A stretch of 64,000 nucleotides of DNA from an uncultured Spirochaetales bacterium (GCA_964471825.1 CAYYKD010000001.1:65136-129135); one strand, 5' to 3'; shown: positions 27,679 through 38,673, counted from the first letter of the stretch. The notes: a model not told the origin generated them from the letters alone. Translations and numbers: made by a program.

Positions 27679-30600
27679 TTACAAAGTAAGCAAGTCGATT
27701 ATTTTATCATAGTTGTAGGACTCAGCATTATTGATTATTTCTTTTGCCAAATCATTATCATCTAGATTATTTTTATTTATATACTCAACCATATCAAAGG
27801 ACAAGCCCTGTTCGGCTAAAACTAAAACATCATTCTTTTGTTGACTCGTCCATTCTCTTTTAGCAACACTCCGATTATCAAGAAATTTAGATTTATCAAA
27901 TTGCACAGCCGGACTATTGTTATCTTGATCTGAATTGTACTTAATATTAAGATGCTTAGAAATCGAATCCAATATCTCTTCTTCCTTAAATGGCTTCCTG
28001 ATGAAATCATCTGCTCCGGCATCGAGCATTTCATCCCTATATTCACTAAATGCATGAGCTGTAAGTGCCACAATTTTAATATTCATAAGCTCGGAGTCCA
28101 TTTTTATTTGTTTTGTTGCCTCAACCCCATCCATTATCGGCATTCTCCAATCCATAAATATAAGATCCGGATGCCATCGTCTGGCGGTTTCTATAGCCTC
28201 AACCCCATTTATCGCTATTTCTGTTTGGAACCCTGCATTCTCTAGTATTTCCTTGAGAAGCAAACTGTTTTCATATTGATCCTCTACTATCAATATTCTA
28301 TTTAAACTGTTATTTTCTGACTTTATTTTACACTTTTTTAGAGTTTCATTATTTTTCAGTACATTCAGCTTATCAACAACGCCTATCGGTATGCAAAATG
28401 TAAAGACAGATCCAACATCAATTTTACTTTCAACTTCGATTGTACCTTTAAGAAGTTCAAGATATTGTTTCGTTATTGAGAGCCCAAGTCCTGCCCCGCT
28501 GGTACTTAATGACTTCTGAGTAAGCCTCTCAAATGGAGTGAATATTTTATCTATGTCCTCCTCTTCGATCCCAACACCGGTATCCTCAATTCGACAGACC
28601 AATAAAATTTTATCAGCTTCATCCATTGGCTTATAATTTAACTCAATTTTTACATAACCCTGTTCTGTATATTTAATCGAGTTATTAATTAGGTTAATAA
28701 ATATCTGTCTTATCTTTAACTCATCAGAGCTAACATACCTAACAAACTTTGATGATCTATCAAAATATAACGATATTCCTTTTTCGGCTGCTTTGATTTT
28801 CATCATGTCGACAACCTCATTAATCATCATGTCAAGATCAAACGCCTTAGACTCAACCTGTGTATGTCCTGACTCGATCTTTGATACCTCCAGGATATTA
28901 TCAATTAAACTTAGCAGATGCTCTGAACTTTTAATAATTATATCAAGCTTATTTCTATGGTCTGCAGATTCAGTTTCATCTTTTCTTAATAGTTTACTAA
29001 AACCAAGTATGGAGTTAAACGGAGTTCTCATCTCATGGCTCATGTTTGCAAGAAACATACTCTTGGAGTTGTTTGCCTTCTCAGCCTCATCTTTTTTCTG
29101 CTTTAACTCTTCTTCAATTATTTTCCTGTTTCTTATTTCCTCATTTAATAACGCTGTCCTCTCCTCTACTATCTCCTCAAGATTGTCTCTGTACTCAATT
29201 AACTCTCTCTCCGATGCCTTACTCTTTGTTATATCAAGTTCAAGTCCGTCATATACGATAGTCCCATCCGGCATTTTGCGGGGTGCTGATGTTATAAGAC
29301 CCCACCGTTCTTTTCCTGACGGCAGCCTAAATCTAGCCTCAAAACTAAACTGCGTAAGACTCTTTAATGAATTTATTTCAATATCCGTAAATCTGACAAT
29401 ATCCTCATCAAATATCTGATTATACAACTTAAATGGATCTGACAACACCTCATCAGGTCTTATCTCATGGAGTTGCTCAACGCCCTCACTTATATATAGA
29501 AATTTTCTATTATTTCCACTCTCATCTATCTCAACGCGATATATCATTCCGTGAGGAAGATTAGAGGCTATATTTTTTAGCTGCCTCTCTTTTTCATTGA
29601 TTAGATACTCGGCATTATTTTTTTCAATCACTGAACTAATAAGTCTTGAGATCGGTTTCAATAAAGAGATGTCCGTCTCATCCCAATAACCCGCATTGTT
29701 TAGATGTTCAAGTCCAAGAAACCCATACAATTTATTATCAATAAAAATCGGATATAATACAAAAGATGCTATCCCCATCTCTTGAAATAGAGTTCTTATT
29801 CGTTCATATTCAATCCCGGTTATATCACTTACTAATATATGATGTCCGCTATTTAGGATTTCCAGCCATTCTTTAAAAAATATCGAAGGAATTTCTCGAT
29901 ATGAATCTTGATAAGGGGACACACCATCATTGCACCACTCATTCTTTATATGTAATACTGCTTCATCCTCAGCACACACTACCATAAAGACCCTGCTTGC
30001 TTGAAGTTCTCTACCGATTACTTCAATTGTCTCCGAGACAAATAGATCAATTGATAATACGCTCAAACCCAGTGATGAAATTTTTGATAACAGCTGTTCG
30101 TATACCAACTTCTTATTTAACTCATTCTCCCTCTTTTTTATAACATCTGCCATATTGTGAAATCTTTCCAGCAGATCGTTGGCCTCATCTATTTCAAATT
30201 TATAATTAACACGATCATATCTATCCTCTGTTAACTCCTCTGTTATATACTCTAATCTCTTTATTGCCTCGATAGCATACCTGATTGTTCGATTTGAAAA
30301 AACGAGCGAAAATAATATTATCACAATAATCACAACCATAGGAAAAAGTATCCTAAGAATTGTAAAATATACACTATTTGCATCCTGATAGATAATAATT
30401 GCCCAATTGGACTGAGAAGAAAAGTTTATATAACAGATGTATTCTTTTCCATAATATCTTGCCTGTTCTTGCAATATCGCATTCTTAAATTTGCCTTTGA
30501 ATCTCCTGAAGTTATGATCGCTATCGCCGGTCTCTACAAATCTTTTATCTGTATGCCCGATATATGTACCATTTTGATCTAGAATTGCAATCTCTATGTC

Positions 30601-31143
30601 CTTAGTTAGTTTTACAGACTCTATCTCCTCAACAAATTTTGTAAGATCGATATCCATTGTCAATATATAATCATCAAGCGGTACTGATAATGTTGCAACC
30701 TGTTTATTTATAGTTGGCGAAAGAAAACTAGGCCCCCAATATATCTGCCCCGATTCTACTACCTTTTTGAAATACTCATATCCTGAGATATCAAAATTTA
30801 TCATTTCATCATCATGTGGAAAAATCTCCCTAACAAACCCGTCTCTATTTGAGAGATATGCAGATAAAATCTCATCATTAACATCTACCAGATGTTGTAT
30901 CATGTGTTTACTATCGCTCTTTGTCTTGAAATCATGCCGGATAAGATTTAGTATCTGATCATAGAAGTTTTTTAGTCTTGCATCAATTGAGTATGTCAGG
31001 ATCGTATTTGTCTGTCTGAACTTGTCATTTAAGATCCTATTGATAGAAATAGTTGTTAATGGAAACAGGACAAGCACTATGATTATTATTGGTAATACTA
31101 ACCCAAGAACACTATTATATATAGTTATCTTTTTCAGCCTCAT
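27679..31143 (-). CDS. Hybrid sensor histidine kinase / response regulator (TM, periplasmic sensor, TM, GAF/PAS region, HisKA+HATPase, receiver, C-terminal tail)
   Basis: 1154 aa. H-box MSHEMRTPFNSILGF. HATPase N/G boxes (INLINNSIKYT, DTGVGI, GAGLGLSI). Receiver with ILIVEDQ...DLIFMDWRMPIMDG...LTAHA. ATG lies 6 nt after the stop of the upstream SBP gene. Confidence 0.85.
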   Translation of the reverse strand: MRLKKITIYNSVLGLVLPIIIIVLVLFPLTTISINRILNDKFRQTNTILTYSIDARLKNFYDQILNLIRHDFKTKSDSKHMIQHLVDVNDEILSAYLSNRDGFVREIFPHDDEMINFDISGYEYFKKVVESGQIYWGPSFLSPTINKQVATLSVPLDDYILTMDIDLTKFVEEIESVKLTKDIEIAILDQNGTYIGHTDKRFVETGDSDHNFRRFKGKFKNAILQEQARYYGKEYICYINFSSQSNWAIIIYQDANSVYFTILRILFPMVVIIVIILFSLVFSNRTIRYAIEAIKRLEYITEELTEDRYDRVNYKFEIDEANDLLERFHNMADVIKKRENELNKKLVYEQLLSKISSLGLSVLSIDLFVSETIEVIGRELQASRVFMVVCAEDEAVLHIKNEWCNDGVSPYQDSYREIPSIFFKEWLEILNSGHHILVSDITGIEYERIRTLFQEMGIASFVLYPIFIDNKLYGFLGLEHLNNAGYWDETDISLLKPISRLISSVIEKNNAEYLINEKERQLKNIASNLPHGMIYRVEIDESGNNRKFLYISEGVEQLHEIRPDEVLSDPFKLYNQIFDEDIVRFTDIEINSLKSLTQFSFEARFRLPSGKERWGLITSAPRKMPDGTIVYDGLELDITKSKASERELIEYRDNLEEIVEERTALLNEEIRNRKIIEEELKQKKDEAEKANNSKSMFLANMSHEMRTPFNSILGFSKLLRKDETESADHRNKLDIIIKSSEHLLSLIDNILEVSKIESGHTQVESKAFDLDMMINEVVDMMKIKAAEKGISLYFDRSSKFVRYVSSDELKIRQIFINLINNSIKYTEQGYVKIELNYKPMDEADKILLVCRIEDTGVGIEEEDIDKIFTPFERLTQKSLSTSGAGLGLSITKQYLELLKGTIEVESKIDVGSVFTFCIPIGVVDKLNVLKNNETLKKCKIKSENNSLNRILIVEDQYENSLLLKEILENAGFQTEIAINGVEAIETARRWHPDLIFMDWRMPIMDGVEATKQIKMDSELMNIKIVALTAHAFSEYRDEMLDAGADDFIRKPFKEEEILDSISKHLNIKYNSDQDNNSPAVQFDKSKFLDNRSVAKREWTSQQKNDVLVLAEQGLSFDMVEYINKNNLDDNDLAKEIINNAESYNYDKIIDLLTL

Positions 31144-31149
31144 TAAAAC

Positions 31150-32328
31150 CTACTTTAACTTTTCATATTTTCCATCTTTCACAATTGTCTTCTCTAAATT
31201 TCTCTTGCAATCACCATATTCATCAATTTCAAAATTATCAACTATACCGGTAAAAAACTTTTTCTGAATAATATATTTTTTAAGTCTGTCCGGATCAGTT
31301 GTACCTGCTTTTAATATTGAATTTATTATTAACTCTGTAAGTTCATAGGTATAGTCTGACATAAACGATGTCTCAACATCATAGACCTCACGATATTGTC
31401 TATAATATCTTCCATATGGAGTATCTGAGTATTTTTCAGGTTCGTAGAACCCGATTATCCTGGTACCCTCACCAAATCTTCCACTATGTTCTAAAAAATT
31501 ACTGGTCTTTGTCCATGAAGTCCCATAGTAAACCACATCTGCAATATCTCTTTTTAATATCTGAATTAATTTACCGCTGTCTATACCGCTTGCTATAAAT
31601 ACTACTGCATCCGGTCTCTTGTCTCTCAGACTATCAGAAATTTGTCGATATCCATCATTTGTTTTATCTTGAAAATCATTGGTATATACAATCGATTTAC
31701 CTGCACTTTCTACTGAAGATTTTAGTGAATTGTAGAGTGGTATTGAATAATCTCTATTTGCAGTGTCGTAGATTGCTGCAATATTTTGTACTCCATCATC
31801 TATCATATACCCGGCCGTTTCTAAACCCAGTTGATCTGCATCTCCCGTAGTTCTGATAATATAATCATCGATACCGGTCAATTTTGAGGATGAAATTGTT
31901 GAACTAAGGATCAATAACTTATTTGTTGATGAAGCCTTAGCGGATTCCTTAATGGAAGCTGAAGCCTTAATAAATTCCAGCCCCGGTGAACTGGTAAGTT
32001 GAGTAATAACAATTGATATCCCTTCTTTTTTAAACTCTGCTGCTATTTCTTCTGCAGATATGCTGTTTTCAGAGTAGTCCTTTGAAACAAGAATAATCTC
32101 TTTTTGAAAGAACTGTTTATTTTCATTATAATTATTAATTGCAAGTACAGCAGCGTTTCTTGCCGATATACCCATAGACGAATATTTACCTGTAAGACTC
32201 CCGATAAATCCGATCTTTATCTTAGTATTTAAGCAGCCGGAAATAGATAAAAAAATAGATAAAAATACAAATATAAATATAAATTTTGCAAGGAATTTTA
32301 GTAACATTCTCATAATCACATTCCTCAT
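31150..32328 (-). CDS. Periplasmic substrate-binding protein (LivK/Peripla_BP_6-like) coupled to the hybrid kinase
   Basis: 392 aa. Signal peptide/lipobox (SISGCLN). IKIGFIGSLTGKYSSMGISARNAAVLAINNYN is typical of branched-chain-amino-acid-type SBPs. Translationally coupled to the kinase gene. Confidence 0.7.
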   Translation of the reverse strand: MRNVIMRMLLKFLAKFIFIFVFLSIFLSISGCLNTKIKIGFIGSLTGKYSSMGISARNAAVLAINNYNENKQFFQKEIILVSKDYSENSISAEEIAAEFKKEGISIVITQLTSSPGLEFIKASASIKESAKASSTNKLLILSSTISSSKLTGIDDYIIRTTGDADQLGLETAGYMIDDGVQNIAAIYDTANRDYSIPLYNSLKSSVESAGKSIVYTNDFQDKTNDGYRQISDSLRDKRPDAVVFIASGIDSGKLIQILKRDIADVVYYGTSWTKTSNFLEHSGRFGEGTRIIGFYEPEKYSDTPYGRYYRQYREVYDVETSFMSDYTYELTELIINSILKAGTTDPDRLKKYIIQKKFFTGIVDNFEIDEYGDCKRNLEKTIVKDGKYEKLK

Positions 32329-32492
32329 ATCTCAATAAACCCCAAAAAAAAACTACAGATGAATTATACAACTGTAGCATTATTAAATCAATTTATTTCT
32401 AATATTTTTCTTAATGACTATAAGTCACTTCTAAAAACCTTATCTTTTAAGGTTTTTAGAAGCTCAAACCTATTCCTATACCTATCTTGTAA

Positions 32493-33362
32493 CTACTTTG
32501 CCCCCATAAGACGCATCATAAAATCTTTTATTCCACTACCCTCTTTGTATTCAATCCCCTCTAGTCTTGAAACAATATGTTTTAAACAAATAGATGCCTT
32601 ACAGTTTGGATCAAGCACAAAAAAAGGTGTCTGTCTGATTACGCCTTGCGGCACAACGGGATCATTATAGATTATCCCAAGATTATCAACCTTGACATTT
32701 AAGAATTGCCCTGCAATTCCAATAACCCGTTCAGCTACTTTTCTTCCTTCAAATATTGTATTAACTCGATTAACAACAAGTTTGATTTCCAACGATGGAT
32801 TATTTACCTCAGTTGAAATGATCTTTATTATCCCATAGGCATCTGTGATCGCAGTAGGTTCCGGTGTCGTGATTACAATAACCTCTTCAGCTGCTGCAAT
32901 AAACGATAGAACATTCTGCCCTACACCTGCACCGGTATCAACTATAATTATATCAGCATAACTAAGACTCTCAATTTCACTTACAAAGCCCTCTCTCTCT
33001 TCATCTGTTAGATTAGCAACCTTCGAAAATCCTGAGGCACCTGCAACTATATCTATACCATAATTAGTCTCAATTATTATATCTTTCATAGTTTTCTGCT
33101 TCTTTATTATATGAAACAGATTATACTTTGGGATTATACCAAGACAGACATTGACATTTGCAAGACCTAGATCGGCATCCATAACAATTACTTTTTTACC
33201 CATCTTTGCAAAAGCTATCCCCATATTAACTGCAATATTAGTTTTACCAACACCACCCTTACCACTTGTTACTGTTATTATTCTGGTCTTCTTACCTGAT
33301 TTAATAGTTTTTTTATCAATTGTGTTCATCATTTTTCTTAGGTTTTCTGCCTGATCAACCAT
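32493..33362 (-). CDS. flhG: Flagellar number regulator FlhG (MinD/ParA-type ATPase; ylxH/flbE of spirochaetes)
   Basis: 289 aa. Deviant Walker A ITVTSGKGGVGKT. Last gene after flhF. Confidence 0.85.
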   Translation of the reverse strand: MVDQAENLRKMMNTIDKKTIKSGKKTRIITVTSGKGGVGKTNIAVNMGIAFAKMGKKVIVMDADLGLANVNVCLGIIPKYNLFHIIKKQKTMKDIIIETNYGIDIVAGASGFSKVANLTDEEREGFVSEIESLSYADIIIVDTGAGVGQNVLSFIAAAEEVIVITTPEPTAITDAYGIIKIISTEVNNPSLEIKLVVNRVNTIFEGRKVAERVIGIAGQFLNVKVDNLGIIYNDPVVPQGVIRQTPFFVLDPNCKASICLKHIVSRLEGIEYKEGSGIKDFMMRLMGAK

Positions 33363-33379
33363 CTCGTTTCTCCTGTATC

Positions 33380-34564
33380 TTATATCGGATCATTACTAAA
33401 ATATATCGAAGGATCAAATCCTTTTAGCCGCTCAAGCAATATGCTTCTGCCGGCCTTCTTTATGTCATTAGGGACTTTTTGACCATCCGTCAAATATCTC
33501 AGGGTCTTCTTTCGGCTTATTGTTTCATTTAACAACGCCCCAAATGTCTCAGACTCATCAAGTTTTGTTATAATAACACCCTGAAAGTCAAAAACCTCAA
33601 AACTCTTAAAAATCTTAGATACTTCTCGCGGTTTTGTAACAGCACTTATCGTTAAAAGGCACTCATAATCACATCGCTGTAACTCTAGCATCTTTTTCAT
33701 CTTTGCAATATTTATCTCATCCTGCTGACTTCTGCCTATCGTATCAACCAATATCAGATCAGCATTTGATAAGTCTACAATCTTTTGCAGCTCAAGATTA
33801 TCCTCTGCATTTGACATCGGTGTTGACATATACTCTGCATATTTTTCCAATTGGTATTTTGCACCTATTCTAAATCCATCAATGGTTATCAACTCGACAT
33901 TCAGCTTCTCTCTGATCGAATTTGCCGCAAGTTTTGCTACAGTAGTTGTCTTACCAACCCCAGTCGGCCCGATCAATATTACAACTTTTTTTTCGCCCTC
34001 TTTTGCCAATGGTTTAAGAGTTAACTTTATATTATTTAAAATATAGTTTATAACAATTTTATGCAGGTAACTTCTCTCTGATATCTGTGAAAGTGATAAT
34101 GAACACTCAACATGATCTATCACTTCATTAATAAAATCGTCATAAAACTCATTTTCTTTAAGGATTTCTTTCAACCTCAGCAATTCTGTATGGGTATTCG
34201 CTGATCCGACAGGTTGACCCGATATTTTCTGCTCAATATTGTCAAGCTTACTCATTAATGACTTAAGTGTGTCCTCCGAGATTGCTGACGGCTCGTTTTT
34301 GACTTCAATCTCTTTTAAATTATCCATTTTTTTTAAAGGCTTATTGTAAGATGGTATCCCCAGACCCTCTTTATATTTCTTTAGCATTATATCATCCGAA
34401 ACACTATATTTTACCTTAATTAATTTTTTCCTTCCAAATCCCAATACACCGCCGACAAAGTGATCCTCAGAACTAAGCATGGTGGCAGAATCCCCATAAT
34501 CCCGCTTAATTAACGATCTAGCCTCTTCCAGGCTCTTAGCAATTACTTCCCTATAATACATCAA
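33380..34564 (-). CDS. flhF: Flagellar biosynthesis GTPase FlhF (SRP-type)
   Basis: 394 aa. G1 motif LIGPTGVGKTTT and DTIGR (G3). Position between flhA and flhG. Confidence 0.85.
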   Translation of the reverse strand: MMYYREVIAKSLEEARSLIKRDYGDSATMLSSEDHFVGGVLGFGRKKLIKVKYSVSDDIMLKKYKEGLGIPSYNKPLKKMDNLKEIEVKNEPSAISEDTLKSLMSKLDNIEQKISGQPVGSANTHTELLRLKEILKENEFYDDFINEVIDHVECSLSLSQISERSYLHKIVINYILNNIKLTLKPLAKEGEKKVVILIGPTGVGKTTTVAKLAANSIREKLNVELITIDGFRIGAKYQLEKYAEYMSTPMSNAEDNLELQKIVDLSNADLILVDTIGRSQQDEINIAKMKKMLELQRCDYECLLTISAVTKPREVSKIFKSFEVFDFQGVIITKLDESETFGALLNETISRKKTLRYLTDGQKVPNDIKKAGRSILLERLKGFDPSIYFSNDPI

Positions 34565-34575
34565 TTCCTCCGGTC

Positions 34576-36696
34576 CTACGCATTAACTGTTTTCTTTTCT
34601 TCTATAATTATCTGACCAAACATATTTACCTCACACTCAGCTATCAATTCTCTTGTGCTTAGCACTGTTATATGTTTATCAACAAATTTTACCAATTCCC
34701 ATACAGCCCTTCTAACAGGCGGTTGTGTAACAATAATTGGCGGATAACCCTGATTAAACATCTCAGATACTTTTTCCTTTACTGCCTTCTGAATCTTGTG
34801 GAGAATATCAGGACTCATACGCAATACCGGAAATCCATCTGAGTCATGCGATATGTTTTTATATATCTCATTTTCGATCTTTGGTTCAAACCGCAATATA
34901 TTTATCCTTTTCTGCTCGTCCATAAATCTATGTGAAATCATTCTCTTTAAGCTCATTCTTACCTGCTCAACAAGATCGGCCGTAGTAGAGTTTGGATTAA
35001 TAGTTGAAAGTGTTTCAAGGACTGTAACCATATCTCTTATTGACACACCCTCTTTAAGGAGATTTTGAAGTATCTTATGAATCTGTGTTTTACTATAACC
35101 ATCACTTTTTACAACATCATCAACAAGTCCCGGGAAATCCGCCCTAACATTATCTAAAACCTGATTGAGTTCCTCCCGTCCCAGTATCTCATGTGCATTT
35201 GCCTTAATAATCTCCTGAATATGCGTCGAGATAATAGTCGGTGCATCAACTACTGTATACCCCAGTGTCTCTGCTCTCTCTCTTATACTTTCACTAATCC
35301 AAAGGGCCGGCATACCAAATGCAGGTTCTATTGTCTTTTCACCCTCAACAGATTCACTTCCTTCACCCATTGCCAACAGACAACCTGTTTTTATCATCCC
35401 CTTACCCATCTCCTGACCTCTAAACTGAAAATCATACTGTCCGGGCAGAAGTCTCATATTATCCTGAATCCTTATAGGCGGAACAATTATTCCAAGATCC
35501 TTAGCTAGCGTTCTTCTTATATTTGTTACGCTATTGAGAAGTTCTGCACCTTTCGTTTTATCTACCAACGGGATCAACTCATAGCCAATATACAATGATA
35601 GCGGATCGACCTTTAATAGTGCAGATACATTTTCAGGTCCCTTTGCTTCCTCTTTTTTATCCTTAACCTTTGAGCCCTCAGTTTTCTCTTTTGTCTCGGC
35701 CTTTCGTATCACATAACCAAGACTAATCATCGCAATACCCATAAGTATAAGTGCTATCTTTGGAAAACCCGGCAATACAGCCATTAGTATCAAAACTGCA
35801 CCTGATATAAAGAATATATTGTACTGTGACTTAATCTGTTTCCAGATAGTCTCCCCCATCGGATCTTTAACCGTTGATCGGGACACTATTAAACCGGTTG
35901 CAGTACTTATAAGAAGTGAGGGGATCTGACTGACAAGGCCATCACCAACTGTTAGTGTTATATAGCTTGTAAGTGCAAGATCAAAAGACTCCCCTCTTGT
36001 TAACATTCCTACTGCAAATCCTCCGATTATATTTACAACTGTGATAATTATACCAACTATAACATCACCTTGAACAAACTTACTCGCTCCATCCATACTA
36101 CCGTAGAATGAGGATTCTTCCTGGATCTCATTTCTTCGTCTGATAGCCTCATTTTCATCAATTATGCCATTATTCTGATCATACTCAATCGCAAGAAACT
36201 TGTTTGGCATCGCATCAAGTGTAAACCGTGCAGCAACCTCAGAGATTCTCGTAGCACCTCGGGTGATAACAATAACCTGTACAATAGTTAGTATAATAAA
36301 GATGATAACACCTACAATCAGTCCTGAGCCGTCAGTCGTACCAACAACGAACGAACCGAATGCCCTTACCATTTTCCCGTCAAACTGAGAACCCTGAGTT
36401 AAAATCAACCTTGTAGAACTGACATTGACCCCAAGTCTAAATAGCGTTGAAACAAGCAGGACAGTAGGAAATACCGAGAACTCAATCGACTTTCTAACAT
36501 ATGAGACTGTCAGGATAACAAGTAGCCCCATCAGAATACTTATGACCATAAAAAAATCTAGTAAGAATGTTGGTACCGGTATAATTAGCATTAAAACTAT
36601 TACTATCAAAAATGAACTAAATATCATTGACGGCTGTCTAGCCATATCTTTTAGATAATCAAATACCTTTCCTGTTGAACTTCTACTATCTGACAT
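34576..36696 (-). CDS. flhA: Flagellar export apparatus protein FlhA
   Basis: 706 aa. N-terminal 8-TM domain plus large cytoplasmic domain. Typical size and position. Confidence 0.9.
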   Translation of the reverse strand: MSDSRSSTGKVFDYLKDMARQPSMIFSSFLIVIVLMLIIPVPTFLLDFFMVISILMGLLVILTVSYVRKSIEFSVFPTVLLVSTLFRLGVNVSSTRLILTQGSQFDGKMVRAFGSFVVGTTDGSGLIVGVIIFIILTIVQVIVITRGATRISEVAARFTLDAMPNKFLAIEYDQNNGIIDENEAIRRRNEIQEESSFYGSMDGASKFVQGDVIVGIIITVVNIIGGFAVGMLTRGESFDLALTSYITLTVGDGLVSQIPSLLISTATGLIVSRSTVKDPMGETIWKQIKSQYNIFFISGAVLILMAVLPGFPKIALILMGIAMISLGYVIRKAETKEKTEGSKVKDKKEEAKGPENVSALLKVDPLSLYIGYELIPLVDKTKGAELLNSVTNIRRTLAKDLGIIVPPIRIQDNMRLLPGQYDFQFRGQEMGKGMIKTGCLLAMGEGSESVEGEKTIEPAFGMPALWISESIRERAETLGYTVVDAPTIISTHIQEIIKANAHEILGREELNQVLDNVRADFPGLVDDVVKSDGYSKTQIHKILQNLLKEGVSIRDMVTVLETLSTINPNSTTADLVEQVRMSLKRMISHRFMDEQKRINILRFEPKIENEIYKNISHDSDGFPVLRMSPDILHKIQKAVKEKVSEMFNQGYPPIIVTQPPVRRAVWELVKFVDKHITVLSTRELIAECEVNMFGQIIIEEKKTVNA

Positions 36697-36740
36697 AATA
36701 TCCCCCCCATACCACTAAAACAACTAAATAAACTAAAATA

Positions 36741-37898
36741 CTAGACCGGTTCCATTCTTTTTTCACCAAACTCGTATGCAAGTTTTAAGGCTGTAACAAT
36801 AAAACCCCAGTATTCTTTTGGTACAATCTCATTAATCTCGACAGATGCATATAGCTGTCTTGCAAGCATAACATTTTCATAGGTATATATGTTATTTGCT
36901 CTTGCCACTGCCTTTATTTTTTGAGCAAACTCATCTTCACCCTTTGCGATAACTCTCGGTGCTTCCTCAAAACTTCTATTATACCGTATCGCCACAGCAT
37001 AGTGATCAGGATTTGTGATAACCACATCGGCATTTGGAACTTCCTTTAACATCTTCTGCTGACTCATTATAGTCTGATATGCCTGTTTTATCTTAGCCTT
37101 AACCTGCGGATCTCCGTATAATTCTTTCTGTTCCTCTTTGATCTCTTCTTTTTTCATCTTTAGTGACTCTTCAAAGTGCCACCTTACAAACATAAAGTCA
37201 ACAAATGCAAATACAAAAAGTATTATCGACGCCTTCATAATCAATTCAAATGTTACCTTTGATATAAGTATCAAGGCGTTGATCATACTTTCTTCAAACA
37301 TCAATAGCTTAATATTTTCCATCTGACCGGTTATTGTTAAATAGGCCATCGCAAAAATAATCAAGACTTTTATTATTGACTTGACCAGATTAAATGCTCC
37401 CTGAGGAGACAATATCTGATTTTTAACAAATTTTATCAAGTCGGGCAGAATTTTTTTAAAATCAGGTTTTAGTGCCTTAGTTGATATTTTAAATCCAATC
37501 TGACCATAGTTCGCAATGATTGCTATTACAAATATAGTGATGGCAACCGGTAAGAATATCTTTAAAAAAGGATAAATCATAAGGTTAAAAATCAGATCAG
37601 GTTCTGTCAATTCTAGTGTTGCAACATTCTCAAAGGTGTATCGCGTCATCAACACTATCTCTTCTAAAAAATACTTCGCAAGAAATGCAATTACAGAGAT
37701 GCCTGCTATCGTTATAATACTGGCGGGTAGTTCCTTTGATAAGGCAACCCGCCCCTCTTCCCTTGCCTTCCTTTTTTTATGTTCTGTTGCCTTCTCGGTA
37801 CGCCCCTCAGCTTCCGCCGAGGCAAATCTTTGCAGATTAAAGGCAAGGCTTGAGTGATTTAAATATATTCTATCTAAAAACAACTCTAAACTATCCAT
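36741..37898 (-). CDS. flhB: Flagellar export apparatus protein FlhB
   Basis: 385 aa. EKTEKATEHKKRKAREEGRV resembles the FlhB N-terminus. Autocleavage-site region NPDHYAVAIRY (variant of NPTH). True start may be internal (long N-extension). 8-nt overlap with fliR. Confidence 0.85.
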   Translation of the reverse strand: MDSLELFLDRIYLNHSSLAFNLQRFASAEAEGRTEKATEHKKRKAREEGRVALSKELPASIITIAGISVIAFLAKYFLEEIVLMTRYTFENVATLELTEPDLIFNLMIYPFLKIFLPVAITIFVIAIIANYGQIGFKISTKALKPDFKKILPDLIKFVKNQILSPQGAFNLVKSIIKVLIIFAMAYLTITGQMENIKLLMFEESMINALILISKVTFELIMKASIILFVFAFVDFMFVRWHFEESLKMKKEEIKEEQKELYGDPQVKAKIKQAYQTIMSQQKMLKEVPNADVVITNPDHYAVAIRYNRSFEEAPRVIAKGEDEFAQKIKAVARANNIYTYENVMLARQLYASVEINEIVPKEYWGFIVTALKLAYEFGEKRMEPV

Positions 37899-38673
37899 TT
37901 GACACCGCCATCAATAGAAACCATAGATTTCTAAACATTTCAAAAAAATACTCTCCAAACAATAGGACCATCATAGGAAGGATGACCAATAGAAGCATAA
38001 AAGATGATGCTATAGAGATTGGAAACCCCACCATCAGCAGATTCATTTGAGGACTCGCCTTTCCCATCAGTCCAAGAGCAACTGTAACAAGAAATAACGC
38101 TCCTATCATAGGCATAGCGATCCTCAGCCCCGTAACAAACATATTTGAAAATATCTCTATCAGACCGTACTCAGATGTTAAAAACTGCCCATTCATAAAG
38201 TTTGCAATATTTACCAATTCAAATGAATGGTAGATTGCCTTAATTATATGCAGCGGCCCCATTGTAACAAGAAAAACTAATAGTGCCAAAAAATATAGAT
38301 ACTGCCCGATCAATGGGATACTTATCTGACTTAACGGATCATAGACCTCACTTGCACCAAACCCCATCTGCACTGTAAAAAACTGACCGGCCAACTGAAA
38401 TACTGAGAAAGCAACATCTATACAGAAACCTATTCCAATCCCGATTATTGCCTCACCAACAAGAAGCCCGCCATACTCATAAAAAGTCAGAGGGATCATC
38501 GGCAACAAATCATGAACAACCGGAAATATAATTATTGACAACAAAAATGCAAGTCCAAACCTTACCTGAGGTATCAATGTTTCAGAAGAAAAGAATGTTG
38601 CAACAAATGACAGGGCAGTAATTCGTGCAAAGACAAGCATAAATTTCGCGAAATTTTCTACAAAATATTCCAT
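37891..38673 (-). CDS. fliR: Flagellar export apparatus protein FliR
   Basis: 260 aa. 6-8 TM. Position between fliQ and flhB. Confidence 0.85.
   Translation of the reverse strand: MEYFVENFAKFMLVFARITALSFVATFFSSETLIPQVRFGLAFLLSIIIFPVVHDLLPMIPLTFYEYGGLLVGEAIIGIGIGFCIDVAFSVFQLAGQFFTVQMGFGASEVYDPLSQISIPLIGQYLYFLALLVFLVTMGPLHIIKAIYHSFELVNIANFMNGQFLTSEYGLIEIFSNMFVTGLRIAMPMIGALFLVTVALGLMGKASPQMNLLMVGFPISIASSFMLLLVILPMMVLLFGEYFFEMFRNLWFLLMAVSNG

Noticed and set aside
28793-29419. 208-aa plus-strand ORF (Ser/Leu-rich) and other long antisense ORFs (e.g. 4085..4375, 22352..22606, 35191..35508, 42337..42714)
   Set aside because: They are fully embedded antisense to well-supported long CDSs (hybrid kinase, plsX, DUF1302-like, flhA, fliM) and have low-complexity composition, typical of AT-rich shadow ORFs.
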